A stretch of DNA of 64,000 bases from contig JAHRHZ010000025.1 of assembly GCA_024137785.1 (NCBI GenBank), forward strand, positions 23,703,438 to 23,767,437, written 5' to 3'. Under the pieces are notes generated by a model that was given only the letters and a program-made list of their open reading frames with translations, made no database searches and was not told where the DNA came from. This DNA is from Ginglymostoma cirratum (Eukaryota). Shown in pieces: positions 51,924 to 62,764 of the stretch; positions within the stretch are counted from its first letter, which is position 1; every line of letters begins with the position of its first letter. The translations under genes were made by a program, and so were the position numbers.

Positions 51924-53221
51924 AAAAACAAGCCTCTGGAGAAACTCAGCTGCTTTGGCAGTAACTGCAGAGAGAAAGCAGAATCAATGCTATGGATTTA
52001 GTGATCTTCTTTAGAACTGACAGTAGCTAGGAAAAGATGGCATATATTCTGAAGACAGGGGTTTTGGGATGGGGAGAGGAGGAGTATGTAATAGGCAGAG
52101 ACGGACCCCTAAGAGAGAACAGCACTTAGACAAAGGATGGGAAATGGTGAGCCAGGGAGAAAGAAAAATTGACTTTCAGGACCACCAATAGATCAAAATG
52201 AATTGGCTGTGATGGAAGCAGTCCATGTTATGACACAGCTGGGTTTGTGAGTTGGATAAAGGACATGGAAGAAGGTGTTCAGTCCCTAAAATTATTGAAC
52301 TTGATGACTCCTGAGGGGCTTCAGAATCTCTAAATGGAAAATGAGATGTTGTTCTTCTAGCTTGCACTAAGTCTTTCTTTAGCACTGCAGCAGGCCCAAG
52401 ATAGAAATTTTGGCCAGGGAACATGGTGGTGTGTTGAAATGGCAGGTAACTGAAAGCTCAGGGTTATTTTTGCTGACAGAATGTGGGTATTCCACAAAGC
52501 AGTCATGCAGTCTGCACTTCATCTCCCCAGTGTAGATGGGACCACATTGTGACACACAAATACAGCAGTTCTGGTAAATCGCTGCTTCACCCAGACGATG
52601 TGTCTGGGGCCTTGAATAGTGAGGACAGAGGAAGTAAACAGGTAGGTCTTACACCTTTTGCAATTGTATGGGAAGGTGCCACTGGGGTGTGAAGAGGTCT
52701 TGGGAGTGCAGAAGTGGACCTAGGTGCCTGGAGCGAATGGTCCCAGTAGAATGCTTACAAGAGAGGGGAGAGGAATATAATCTTATAATGTCAAACCAGT
52801 GGAGGTAACTGAAATGGCTGTTTATGATCCTTTGCATGCATATGCTTGTGTAGTGGAAATTAAGGACCAGAAGGACTCTATCTGTGTTGGGGTAGAGAGG
52901 AGAGGGAGGGACGGCAGAAGTGTGGGAAATGGGCCAGACACAGCGGAGGACCTTGTCAACCACAGTGGCAGGGAATCCTCAGTTGAGAAAAAAGGTGGAA
53001 GTTTCTGGCGCCTCTGTCTCCCCAACCATGGAAGGTGTGATAGAGATGGAGAAACTGGGAGAATGGAATGAAATTTCTGCAAGAAGCAGGGTGTGAGAAC
53101 GTATTGTCCAGGTAAGTGTGGAAGTTGGTGGGTTTGGAGCCGATATTGCTGGCCAGCATATCCCCAGAAATGGAAACAGATGTTGAGAAAGGGAAGATGG
53201 AAGTTTGAGATAGAATACACA
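51924..53221 (-). mobile_element. Penelope-like element 3' portion (RT C-terminus and GIY-YIG region), degenerate
   Basis: Minus-strand remnants KPTNFHTYLD..FSHPASCR..IPFSQFL, DRVLLVLNFH, a Cys-rich linker and KLEEQHLIF-like sequence. The terminal repeat at about 51930-52020 is related to the hammerhead-bearing repeats. Confidence 0.8.
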
Positions 53222-53388
53222 GAATAGTGAGGTTGTCTTGTGAGGGAACATTGGACAGGCTGGGCTTGTATCCTCTGGAATTTAGAAGAGTAAATGGCGA
53301 ATTGATTGAAAATTATAAGATCTTGAGAGCTCTTGACAGAGAATATGTGGAAAGGATTTTTCATCTTATTGGAGAATCCAAAACTAAA

Positions 53389-54213
53389 ATAGAATAGAGA
53401 TTTATTGTCATACGCAATTTTACGTGACAAATACAGTGAAAAGTTTTATAAGTCACCCCACCACAGCACCTACATCAATGACAGAAGTCATACATAATAA
53501 TTTAAAAAAAATTAAGGCAAAGTTCATCACAGTTCAGTTAACAGCTCCTGGGCTCGGGGAAAGCCGATAAAGGAACAACGGAATACCCTGAAGACACAGC
53601 CAGGATGAGACTGCCATTCCAGGTTGAGATCACCAAATCTCGGTCAAGACTATCATGGGCTGGGCTGCTGGAATACTGGGCCAGAAGGTTCTACCGAAGA
53701 AGACCACCATGCCAGGCCAAGACTGCTACTTCTAGATGAGACTGCCTGCCAGACAGCTGAAATACTTGGAAGCCGAAGACGAAGAAGACCTCCACACTGG
53801 GACAAGACTGCCACACGGGGACAAGAATGCTAAGCCAGAACAAGAGCACCACATGAGGAGACAGCCACCCTGTGCCAAGACTTCTACTTCTCCACCTTCA
53901 GATGCCTGAGGCCAGCTGCGGACCTGGAGCCATGGCCTAGCCTGCAAGTCCAGGCCAGGGGAGTCAGCCTGGGCCCTGCTCCTTGCTCGCCAGGAGACCA
54001 TGCACTGGGGTGGAGCAATGTCTGGCTTGTCCTGATGTTGCTGCCACTGCTACAGGAGGCCTCTTCCTTCACATGCCACTGTCCAGACTTAAAAGAAAAG
54101 GAAACAAGAAAAAAGAAAAAGAAAATAAAAAGAATTGAAGAAGAAAAAAAAAGAAAAAAAGCCAATGGGAGCGAAGGAACCTCTGGCTCAGCCCATCGAC
54201 TCCTCCACCATCT
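53389..54213 (-). mobile_element. Unclassified ~0.8 kb retroposon inserted in the old CR1
   Basis: It interrupts colinear CR1 sequence. The minus-strand tail is ...ttttcactgtatttgtcacg...gacaataaatctctattctatt. Confidence 0.6.
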
Positions 54214-55399
54214 TGATAGGGTTCACTGTTTAAAAATAGAGGATTGCCCATTTAAGACAGATGAGGCAATCTTCTTTTCTCACCAAGGCTCATGATTCTT
54301 TGAAACTCACTTCCTTAAAAGTCAATGAACTTAAGAGTATTTTTAAGACAATTGTAAATAGTCTTGGTAAACAGGATGTGAAATGGTTATCATCAGCAGA
54401 CAGAATTTGGATTTTTTTTATTCACTCATGGGACGTCTTTAAACTCAGACAAATTAATTGGTCTTTAATTTGTTGATTGTTGATTTTGTTGTGTTGTCAC
54501 ATAACAACTGATCATATTTGAAAAGCTACTCATTCTAAAGCACATTTTAATGTAATTGCAAGATCTTGCAAGATTTCTGTCTTCACAAAACAGTGCAATA
54601 CAGAAGAATGAAAATCACATTCATTTTTCACTTACATCAGGATGGAAAACACTTCCTTTTTCTCACCTAGATCAGCATTAATCACTTCCTGATTTAAGTA
54701 CAATTTGACAAAAGTCAATGACTGCAGTGACTCTCTGCTTTCCATAAACAAAGCACACAAATCCTAACTTCAGGAAATCATCAAAGTCAACATTCCCATT
54801 TCTAAATCAGTCATCATTACAAGATGACACTGCTAATCACTGCCAGTTAGTAAATTGTGGACTGTTCCACAGTGATGGCTATAAGTTCTGGCTATCCATT
54901 CTGCAATGATAAAGCCCAATCCAAGTTTTTTGTGAGATCTTTCAGTGTACGAATGTGAATGATCCAAACCTAAATTCTGGTCACAGACATAATTAAGTCA
55001 CGAATTCACTCAACTCTGCTCCAAGTATCATGTGCATGCATAGCGAAACCTAGGCTAAACAAGAACAATTGTGTAAGGAACATAAGTTATGGCTATGGTT
55101 AGAATTTGTTAAGTGTTATTAACACGTTAAAATTTAAGTGTGCTGTAATGCACATGAAATTTTAAGAACAAAGTGGTATGGTTTATCAACATCATAAGTG
55201 CATTAAAATACTGGAATTCCATTACTAACAATATTATGAAGGTAGCTACACCACACTGATAGCAGCAATGTAGGTAAGTGGGTCACCACCAACATTTCAA
55301 CAGCAATTAAATGATAGGTTATAAATGCAGGCCTTACCAGCAATGCCACATCCAATGAATGAACAAAAAGGATGTGATAACAAGGCTTGGTGTGTGGGA

Positions 55400-55765
55400 T
55401 CACATGGTCTAGTTATCGCATGGTCTGCAATTACACACAACCCATTGTTAGACACTACAGTCCCCATTAGCGGCTATTTATTCTCATTGACTGATTGTTA
55501 TTAACTCCTTTGTCCGTCCAATTGTTCTTCTCTCTCTTTGGGCTCTATCTCCACCTATTGTTTACTCCTCAACCCCTCCCCTGACCCTGTCTTCAGCATA
55601 AAAACCGACTCTTTCCTGGCTACCGTCAGTTCTGAAGAAGGATCAGTGGACCTGAAATATTAAATCTGATTTCTCTCCACAGATGCTGCCAGACCTGCTG
55701 AGTAGTTTTAGCAACATCTGTTTTTGTTTCTGGTTTCCTGCATTCTCAGTTCTTTTGTTTTTTTT
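55400..55765 (+). mobile_element. Penelope-like terminal repeat fragment with degenerate hammerhead core
   Basis: cagttCTGAAGAAGGATCAGTGGACCTGAAAtatt at 55632 followed by ccacagatgctgccagacctgctgag. Confidence 0.7.
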
Positions 55766-57107
55766 CTGTTCGGGAATCATCCACACATTTATAAAATCCT
55801 TAACATTGTGATGGCTCTGGGAATAGCGAGAGTCAATTCCCAGCACAACACTCCAATGAGGTACAACACATCAAATATGAAAACAAAGACCAGAATAATA
55901 TAGGAATCTGATTGACGGAAGCTATAGCGAGATGTATAGCAGAATTGGGTGACAAATGCAGCAAGGCCCAACTTGTCATCAAGAGCAACTCATGTCATCT
56001 TTCGTGATTTGTCATAAGCAGCATGGCAGGATTCTCAAATTTGCCAACTGACCATGATTATTACTCATAAAATGCCTTGTTAACAGCTCAACTTGCCTCA
56101 TTGATATTTCCATCTTACCAAACTCACCAAATAAGCTTGACATCAGGAAAATGTGACAAGGAAGCCAGAGTGAGCATCTGGCTGGTTGTTTGCTCCAAAG
56201 GGCCTCCATGTTTGAAGCCAGGCATGCTCCATCAGCCACATGCACCCCATATCCACACATTAGCAACTGACATGTGCTAGCCTGTAAGAACCTTCATGGC
56301 ATATCTCCAATCCACTTACAGGATGATACTGCATTTCAATGATGCACCTTGGCCTGCATCAACAACAATTATTATAACGCTACGGCAAGAACCCTTTATT
56401 GTCAGGGTCATGTACCCAACTCATGGACTGGACCAGGCTTTATCTCCAAGCATTTTGCTTGCTGTCATAGTGCTTGCTCACCATAAGGTTACCTAAATGC
56501 TCACAACATTCCTGCCTTGCATTGCCCTGCCTTTTTTGCTTTGCCCCTTAACCAGACATACTAGGCTCACAGTATTGCTGTCTTGTTGTGCCATTTAACA
56601 TAGACACAGAGCCAGAAAGCTTCTCACAGTAATCAGCAGTCCTCAGTCAAGTTAGGAGGGATAGCCTTCATTTAGGGGTTCCCTGCATAGTAAGTCGGGG
56701 CAGTCCAATACCAGTCCAGGCCTTTTCAGGGCAATAAAAGTCAGGATCAACTCCTCAAAATGGGGAGAATGGGAGGGTTAAGAGGAGGAATGACAGGTAG
56801 TCAGCTTGATGCCTTCTGCCATATTGTGGGCTGTTTTCCTCATGGAACAAGGAAGAGGCAGGTATTGTAGGAGATGAAAGTAGGTGATACAGCTATGACT
56901 GTTGGTGCAGGTGGAGAGGTGTTCTGAGTGAGTAAGTGGGTATGCCAGTAAGCACGCAACGTTAGTGGTGTTGGGGTGGATGACAATGAGCATGGAAGTT
57001 GTTGCAGAAAACAGTGAGAGAGTGTTAGAGCATGAGACTTGTTGGGAGGTGGGTTCAGTTGCAGAGATAAGAGTGAGTGTGAGGTATAGGAGAGAAAAAG
57101 GAGGCAC

Positions 57108-57330
57108 TTACCCTGCGAGAACACATTGATCTTTTTCCTGCAGTGCTGGGCATTCCTCAAGACAACTGGCAGTGGTTTCACCCAGAAGGCAATGTTAGAC
57201 AAGGCTGGCATGGTCTGGTGTTATGGACTCCACTCCTGGCCCTGATGGAGAATGAATTCCTGTGTACCTTACGATCCAGCAGGACCTTAAGGACCTTGCA
57301 CAGAAAGCAAGGTGCCAATTTCTCCCTGTC
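57108..57330 (-). mobile_element. Decayed Harbinger/PIF-type Myb/SANT DNA-binding ORF remnant
   Basis: The minus strand gives APCFLCKVLKVLLD... and ...LSNIAFWV...RNAQHCRKKIN followed by a GTAAGT donor. This resembles the APRFS..LE.LL / W..IA..V / R...QCRKK.N trihelix pattern. Confidence 0.55.
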
Positions 57331-58799
57331 TGCACGTGCGCAGCAAATGTCAGCAAGTCTGCAGGGCTTGACAGTTCCAGGTTGACAGAGCTAGTCTGGA
57401 AGCACAACGAGCTTTTACAGTTGACGCTGGCACATTGGAATGCCTGTTGATATTAGGAAAATGCCCCAGGAATGGCGCATGGTAAGATAGGGTGGAAATT
57501 GGACATGAGAGATGCCAACGGGTGTGATCGGTAATTAATGAGATGAGTTTGCTAAGATATGGCCAGAGAACTTCTCAGCCTTTGCATGGTAAACCTTCCA
57601 AATATCTCAATGCAACCAAAGAAAAAAGATAATATTCAGTCCAAGAAATCCATTTCAAATACTCAGGACATTTTAATTTTTACTACGAAGTAGCTTTCCT
57701 TGGACACAGTGGGAAGAAATCTCCTGATTCTGTTAACATACACTACTTTCAGACCATCTTGGTTGTACTTTTGTTCAAAGTACATAAATACTATCCTGCT
57801 TGAGTAAGAAATGCCTTTGGTTTTTGCAGCTGCAGGGAATGTCAATTGATACAAGTTTTTTTGATACAGAAAGACTGTACAGAACTGCCTTAGAACCTGT
57901 GAATGCAGATAAAGTTTTTTTAATGAATAAAGTATATCTTTGCAATAAGAAAAAATTGTTTAAAAGCAATCGTCCCAGCAAATCCAATAACCAGTTAACT
58001 ACCTTATATATAAGAAATAGTCAATAAGGAAACAAACTTCTCTAGAAATTTCAGACTGTTCATTGAAATAGCAAAGTCATCTACTGGCAAAATGCCTACA
58101 AATCTGAAAATCCAAATCTCAGCCATTATTAAAAATCTATATAGAGACCTGTGATCATAAAAAGAGTTAAGATTTGCAATTATTTTACTTGTTTGAGATA
58201 AATGAGGCCAATTTCCAGATGATCATAAATATATCAATTTCTGAACACTAGATGGCACCTCGTATTGTTATAAAATCAGCTCTGCAACTGGAAAATTTTA
58301 ATGCCAAGAGAATTGGTGACTGTTTTATTGCTTAGTTTGTGTCCACTTTGTTTAAAAAAAACAAATTATTCCAAAGTACTCGTAGGCATCTGTGCATGTT
58401 TGGCTTTTGACAAGAGTACTGGAGGTTTGAAGACAGCCATCTACAAATTTCCTAGGTCACATATGGTTTAAACAGATGAAAAAGAACTAAAACAATGCAA
58501 AGAAGAAAATGAGATGCAGATTAAAATTCACACAAAAGATACCAATTAATTTTAATTCATTTAAATCTATAAAGTTACACTTATTTGCAGTGATGGCCGT
58601 TTGATTTTTAGTGAAAATACACTTAGGTGGTGAATATCAGATGTATGTTGAAGATTCCAAATGATGTTCAAGTAACAATGGTTTCTTGCCTGTGCAATAT
58701 TTATTTATCTACCAACATCAAAGTAGAGTATCAGTCCATTTACTTGATTGTTGCTTGAGCAAATCTGTAATGCAAAAATTAGATGCCGTTTACTTTCTT

Positions 58800-59765
58800 T
58801 TTGTTCATTCATGGGATGAGGGTATTGCTGGTTAGTTCAGCATTGATTGCCAATCGTTAACTGCCCTTGAGAATATGATGGTAAGCTGCCTTCTTGATCC
58901 ACAGCGATCCATTTGGTGTAGTAACAGCCACATGCCATCAGGGAGGGTGTTCCACAATTTTGACCTGGCTAACTGAAGGAATGGCAATACATTTCCAAGT
59001 CAAAGATGGTGAGTGATTTGGAAGGGAAATTGCAAGTTGTGGTGTTGCCATGTATTTGCCTTTGTTCTTTGAGATGACAGTAATTGGGCGCTCAGAAGCA
59101 ACGTTTCCACTAAACTGCACAGTGGCGTGCACACAGCCACTCCAAGGTGCCGAGAATGAGGATTTACACAACTGTGTAACTGACTTCCGATCCCAGAAGT
59201 TGCTGCCACATGTGGACCTCGGAGGCACGAAAATTAGAGAGAATACTGCTTGGAAGCTGCTTCTAAAGTGCTTTCGTGTGGATGTTACACAATACTGCTA
59301 CGCAGCATTAGTGGTGTAAGGACAGAATGTTTTGTGGCTGGGGTGAATATAAAGTGAGCTGTTTTGTCCCGGATAGTGTCAAGCTTCTTGAATATTGTTG
59401 GGTCTGCACTCATCCAGGAACGTGGGGAGCATCCCATCACACTTCTGAATTGTGTCTTGACAATCGTGGGCAGAATTCAGGAAGTCTTCAGTTGAATTAT
59501 GCCTTGAATGATTCCTAGCCTCTAGCACGCTTTTGTAACCACAGTATTTATATGCCTAGTCCACTTCAGTCTCTGGTTCAATGGCAGTTCCCTGGATGTT
59601 GATGGTGGGGGGTATTCAGTGATAGTAATGCCATGGAATATCAAAGGGAATTGTTAGGTATTCTCTTATTGGAGAAGGTCTTTGCCTGTTACTAGTATGG
59701 CATATTACTTTCCACAAGACTGGATGTTGTCCTGGTCTTTCTACATTTGAACATGGACTGCATCA
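58800..59765 (-). mobile_element. Degenerate LINE 3' portion (CR1/L2 group)
   Basis: Minus-strand tail caagaaggcagcttaccatcatattctcaagggcagtta...atcccatgaatgaa, shared with short copies at about 45490-45630 and 55200-55370. Confidence 0.65.
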
Positions 59766-59964
59766 GTTTTGTCTCTTAATTTCGCTGGCTGAAAGATAGC
59801 TTAGGACACCATTAGGTTGCAAAGGATGCAATATGTAGTCTTTTTCCCCTTGATTGGCCTGAAATAACATGAAGTAACAGTAAAACTTGACAGAATTGGC
59901 CTCATGGATGTAGAAATTGCACAAAGTTTATCAAAAAGCATTTTAACAAAAATTATTAATCTGA

Positions 59965-60100
59965 AGTTCAGTTTTAAAGAAGTGATATCGGACTCGAAAT
60001 GTTAACCTTGGTTCTCTCTCCACAGATGCTGTCACACTTGAAGAGTTCTCCAGCATTCTGTGTTTGTTTCAGATTTCCAGCATCCACAGTATTTTCTTTT
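59965..60100 (+). mobile_element. Penelope-derived repeat arm
   Basis: ggactcgaaatgttaacc...ccacagatgctg...agatttccagcatccacagt, the same family as 33457-33590. Confidence 0.7.
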
Positions 60101-60194
60101 ATTCGATTATTAACCTTTTTACTTAGGATCATGTTTATATTTCAAACATGTTTATATTTTAAACTGACCCTCCTGGAAAACAAGAGGAGGCGAT

Positions 60195-60415
60195 GAACTA
60201 GCAGTATCATCGCTAGACTGTTTAATCCAGAGACCCAACTAACGTTTTGGGGGACAGGATCGAATCCCGCCACGGCAGATTGGAGGGGGGGTGGTGGAAT
60301 TTGAACTCAGTAAGAATCTAATGATGACTGTAAATTCATTGTCGATTGTTAGGGGAAACCCCATGTGGTTCTCTAATGTCCGTTATGGAAGGAAACTGCC
60401 ATCCTTTCCAGGTTT
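60195..60415 (+). mobile_element. tRNA-derived shark SINE fragment (related copies at about 47045-47185 and 63120-63430)
   Basis: ctagactgtttaatccagag...tcgaatcccgccacggcagat...ggaatttgaa...ggaaggaaactgccatcctt; the reverse-complement copy lies at 63120-63430. Confidence 0.6.
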
Positions 60416-60639
60416 TGAGAAAGCATAAGAAATTCACCTCTGCGGATAACAAGTAACAGCCCTTTCACCAAAACAAACGACATTGGCCAGAAGCAATAAA
60501 AGCCTGGGTTAAAAAGCTCAAATCGTGGAATTATAAAACATAAGATACCGAAACAATGGGTTGTTCACTATCTAAAAGACTTGGTAAATGTTGGATGATT
60601 AGTTTTGCGAAGATCGTTCAGAATTCACGAGTACTTGTC

Positions 60640-60773
60640 TGGTGAGTGGCGAGGATGACGCGCACGCGCAAAGGTCACATGATGCCGCGCGCTGGGACAG
60701 CCGTTGGTGTGGCGGCCACGTGACCAGCGAGCGAAGGCGAAGGCGCCGAGAAATTGGAGGAACTTTACACATG
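60640..60773 (+). promoter_or_regulatory. CpG promoter and probable first exon of a divergent plus-strand gene
   Basis: Local CpG cluster with an NRF1-type GCGCACGCGC (60660-60669), E-boxes GTCACATGA (60674-60682) and CCACGTGACC (60716-60725), and an ATG at 60771 followed by GT (weak donor GTGATG). Confidence 0.65.
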
Positions 60774-61156
60774 GTGATGGGGACTTCTTCCGACCGTCCC
60801 CATTCCTCCACCATTTTTTCTCCGTCCTCCCGCCGCCACAATTCCTGTTCCAACTAATAATAACTTTCGTTCTTCGACTTCCTGTATTCACCCTCGCCCG
60901 TGCCCTGCCAATTCTGCTCTCCTTTCTCCACTCCTGACTTCACCCTATCCCCCTTCACCCTTCCTCACTTCTCTCTTCCGTCTCCCCTTCCACTCCATTC
61001 TCCCTGCCTCTCCTTTCCTCAGTCCGCCCCCTCACCATCCTTCCCCGCTACCTCTACCACCTCTCACTCCCCTCCATCCCTCTTCCTCCACTACTTTTCA
61101 CCATGTTAAACTTAGTATTATTTGTGGTCACATGTTCTTCTTTCTGTTCCCTGTAG

Positions 61157-61256
61157 GAACATATATCTCGTTTTGATGGACGATGGTGGTTATCACAAAG
61201 TCCACGAAGGAGCATGCTTGTACATACGCGATCAAATCTTAGTATTTCACGTCTTG
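61157..61256 (+). CDS. Probable coding exon of unidentified gene (EHISRFDGRWWLSQSPRRSMLVHTRSNLSISRL)
   Basis: Strong polypyrimidine acceptor ttcttctttctgttccctgtAG and a 100 nt open exon ending at TTG/GTTAGT. It is in frame with ATG 60771 and with the next exon. Confidence 0.55.
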
Positions 61257-61959
61257 GTTAGTTTCAGTTGATCGATGTATACAGCCAATATCATTTAACT
61301 CTCCATAAGCTTAGACACAGTGACTTGAATTGTCTGATCTGGGTTGGTTGGAATCCCCTTTTCCAACGCAGATCAAACTGAAAGTTGTCCACATATCTAT
61401 AAAGGAGTTCCTAACTGGAACCTATGGGATCAGGAACCTTTCCAGCTGAAGCAACACTTTCTAGTCCAGGAATCCACAAAGGAAAGAACGGAAAGGTGCT
61501 GTAGCTGTTGGATCCCAGGGTTGGGAAGTCCGGGGCCATTGGGGGTGTAGATGTTTCTTTAGGAGACCGGGCATCTCAGTAGTGGGTGGTTAATGAGTAC
61601 AACAACCAAAAATTACAACTAAGTTTTAATTCCTCTAACTTTTCCGGGCTAACTGTTCAGGTAGATGAGTCACAGTCACCCAAAGTCTCTAACTCAAGCT
61701 AGAGCTGGGGACTTCATGGAGACAGCAGCTCATCAGAAATATCAATTTCCCAGTCATTTCCTGCAGACTCGGCTGAATTGTGTCCTTCACATGGTCTCAA
61801 CGTATGGATGATCTGAGTCTTTTCCTGAATTAGTTGTCAACTAAGATTTCATTTGATGAAGAAAACAAAGTGTTCTAATACGGTGTAATAAGTGCAGTTT
61901 AATAAGTTTACTAAATTGACTCCTGAGATGGCATGGCTGATAAACTAGGAGAGAGTGAT

Positions 61960-62130
61960 TTGGTTAAAGGCTTACTCAGCAGACTGGCCTCATAGCTGAG
62001 TGACTGTCCAGGGTGGCAAGATGAAGGCAAAGCAGGAGATGTTGTCTAAATAGACTTCGGTAAAACCTTTGACAGGGTTCCACGTAGTAGACTAATTAGT
62101 AAAGTTAGATCTCATGGGATTCAGGGTAAA
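61960..62130 (+). mobile_element. CR1 RT fragment
   Basis: DEGKAGDVV*IDFGKTFDRVPRSRLISKVRSHGIQG. Confidence 0.75.
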
Positions 62131-62225
62131 ATGTAAGAATAAACTTTAATGGACTGTTATTCAAGTTTTTGACCAATTGACATCGAATATACCTTTTGTC
62201 TAATAAAACAGTCAACGAAGACTCA

Positions 62226-62430
62226 AAGATAGTAAGAACTGCCGATGCTGGAGTCAAAGGTAACACAGTGCGGAGCTGGAGGAACACAACAAGCCAGGCA
62301 GCATCAGAGGAGCAGGAAAGCTGACGTTTCGGGTGGGACCTGAAGAAGGGTCCCAACCCGAAGTGTCAGCTTTCCTGCTCGTCTGATGCTGCCTGGCCTG
62401 CTATGTTCCTTCAGCTTCACACTGTGTTAT
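62226..62430. mobile_element. Penelope-derived inverted-arm element
   Basis: The left arm ...gcatcagaggagcaggaaagctgacgtttcgggtgggacc is inverted relative to gggtcccaacccgaagtgtcagctttcctgctcgtctgatgc. Confidence 0.8.
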
Positions 62431-62657
62431 CAACAATGACCCAAACCACATTTACCCACCAAATCATGTCTAAACTGCTTTTACCTGGGGAGGACTAAAT
62501 AATAGCACTAAAGATGTACTTCCGTATAGCAATGAAATTAACAAAGTGTACAGTCAGCTATTATATTTGAGTTAGCTGCCATTAATTGGTGAGAAAACAC
62601 TAAGGGTTTTCCAATATTCTTATAGTTATCTTTTCTGATTCTGGTTCTGTATTTCAG

Positions 62658-62764
62658 AAACATTTACAACTATAATAACCAATGAATATCAAGAGTCAGC
62701 ACGTACAGAAGTGATCAGCAAAACGTTCTTTGAACAATTCATCGATCCTAAAACTAAAAATGAG
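62658..62764 (+). CDS. Probable next coding exon of unidentified gene (ETFTTIITNEYQESARTEVISKTFFEQFIDPKTKNE)
   Basis: Acceptor ttctgtatttcAG, 107 nt open in the phase-1 frame inherited from 61157-61256, donor GAG/GTAACA. Confidence 0.55.

Larger units (their letters stand above)
49850..54400 (+). mobile_element. Older CR1 LINE split into four pieces (about 49850-49936, 51454-51922, 53222-53388, 54214-54400)
   Basis: Colinear RT remnants across the pieces: VTSGVP, then FADDTKI and LHRALVKLHLRY, then LDRLGLYPLEFRR, then cactgtttaaaaatagaggattgcccatttaagacag. Confidence 0.7.

Noticed and set aside
57663-58027. Overlapping short ORFs in non-repeat DNA
   Set aside because: No recognisable protein or convincing splice sites; may be non-coding regulatory sequence.
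60900-61105. Pro/Ser-rich 69-aa ORF
   Set aside because: Translation of a low-complexity polypyrimidine tract in the presumed first intron.
61214-61228. MLVHT peptide in the neighbour gene's exon, identical to the TFAP2 N-terminus
   Set aside because: Only five residues with different codons and no further similarity; treated as coincidence.
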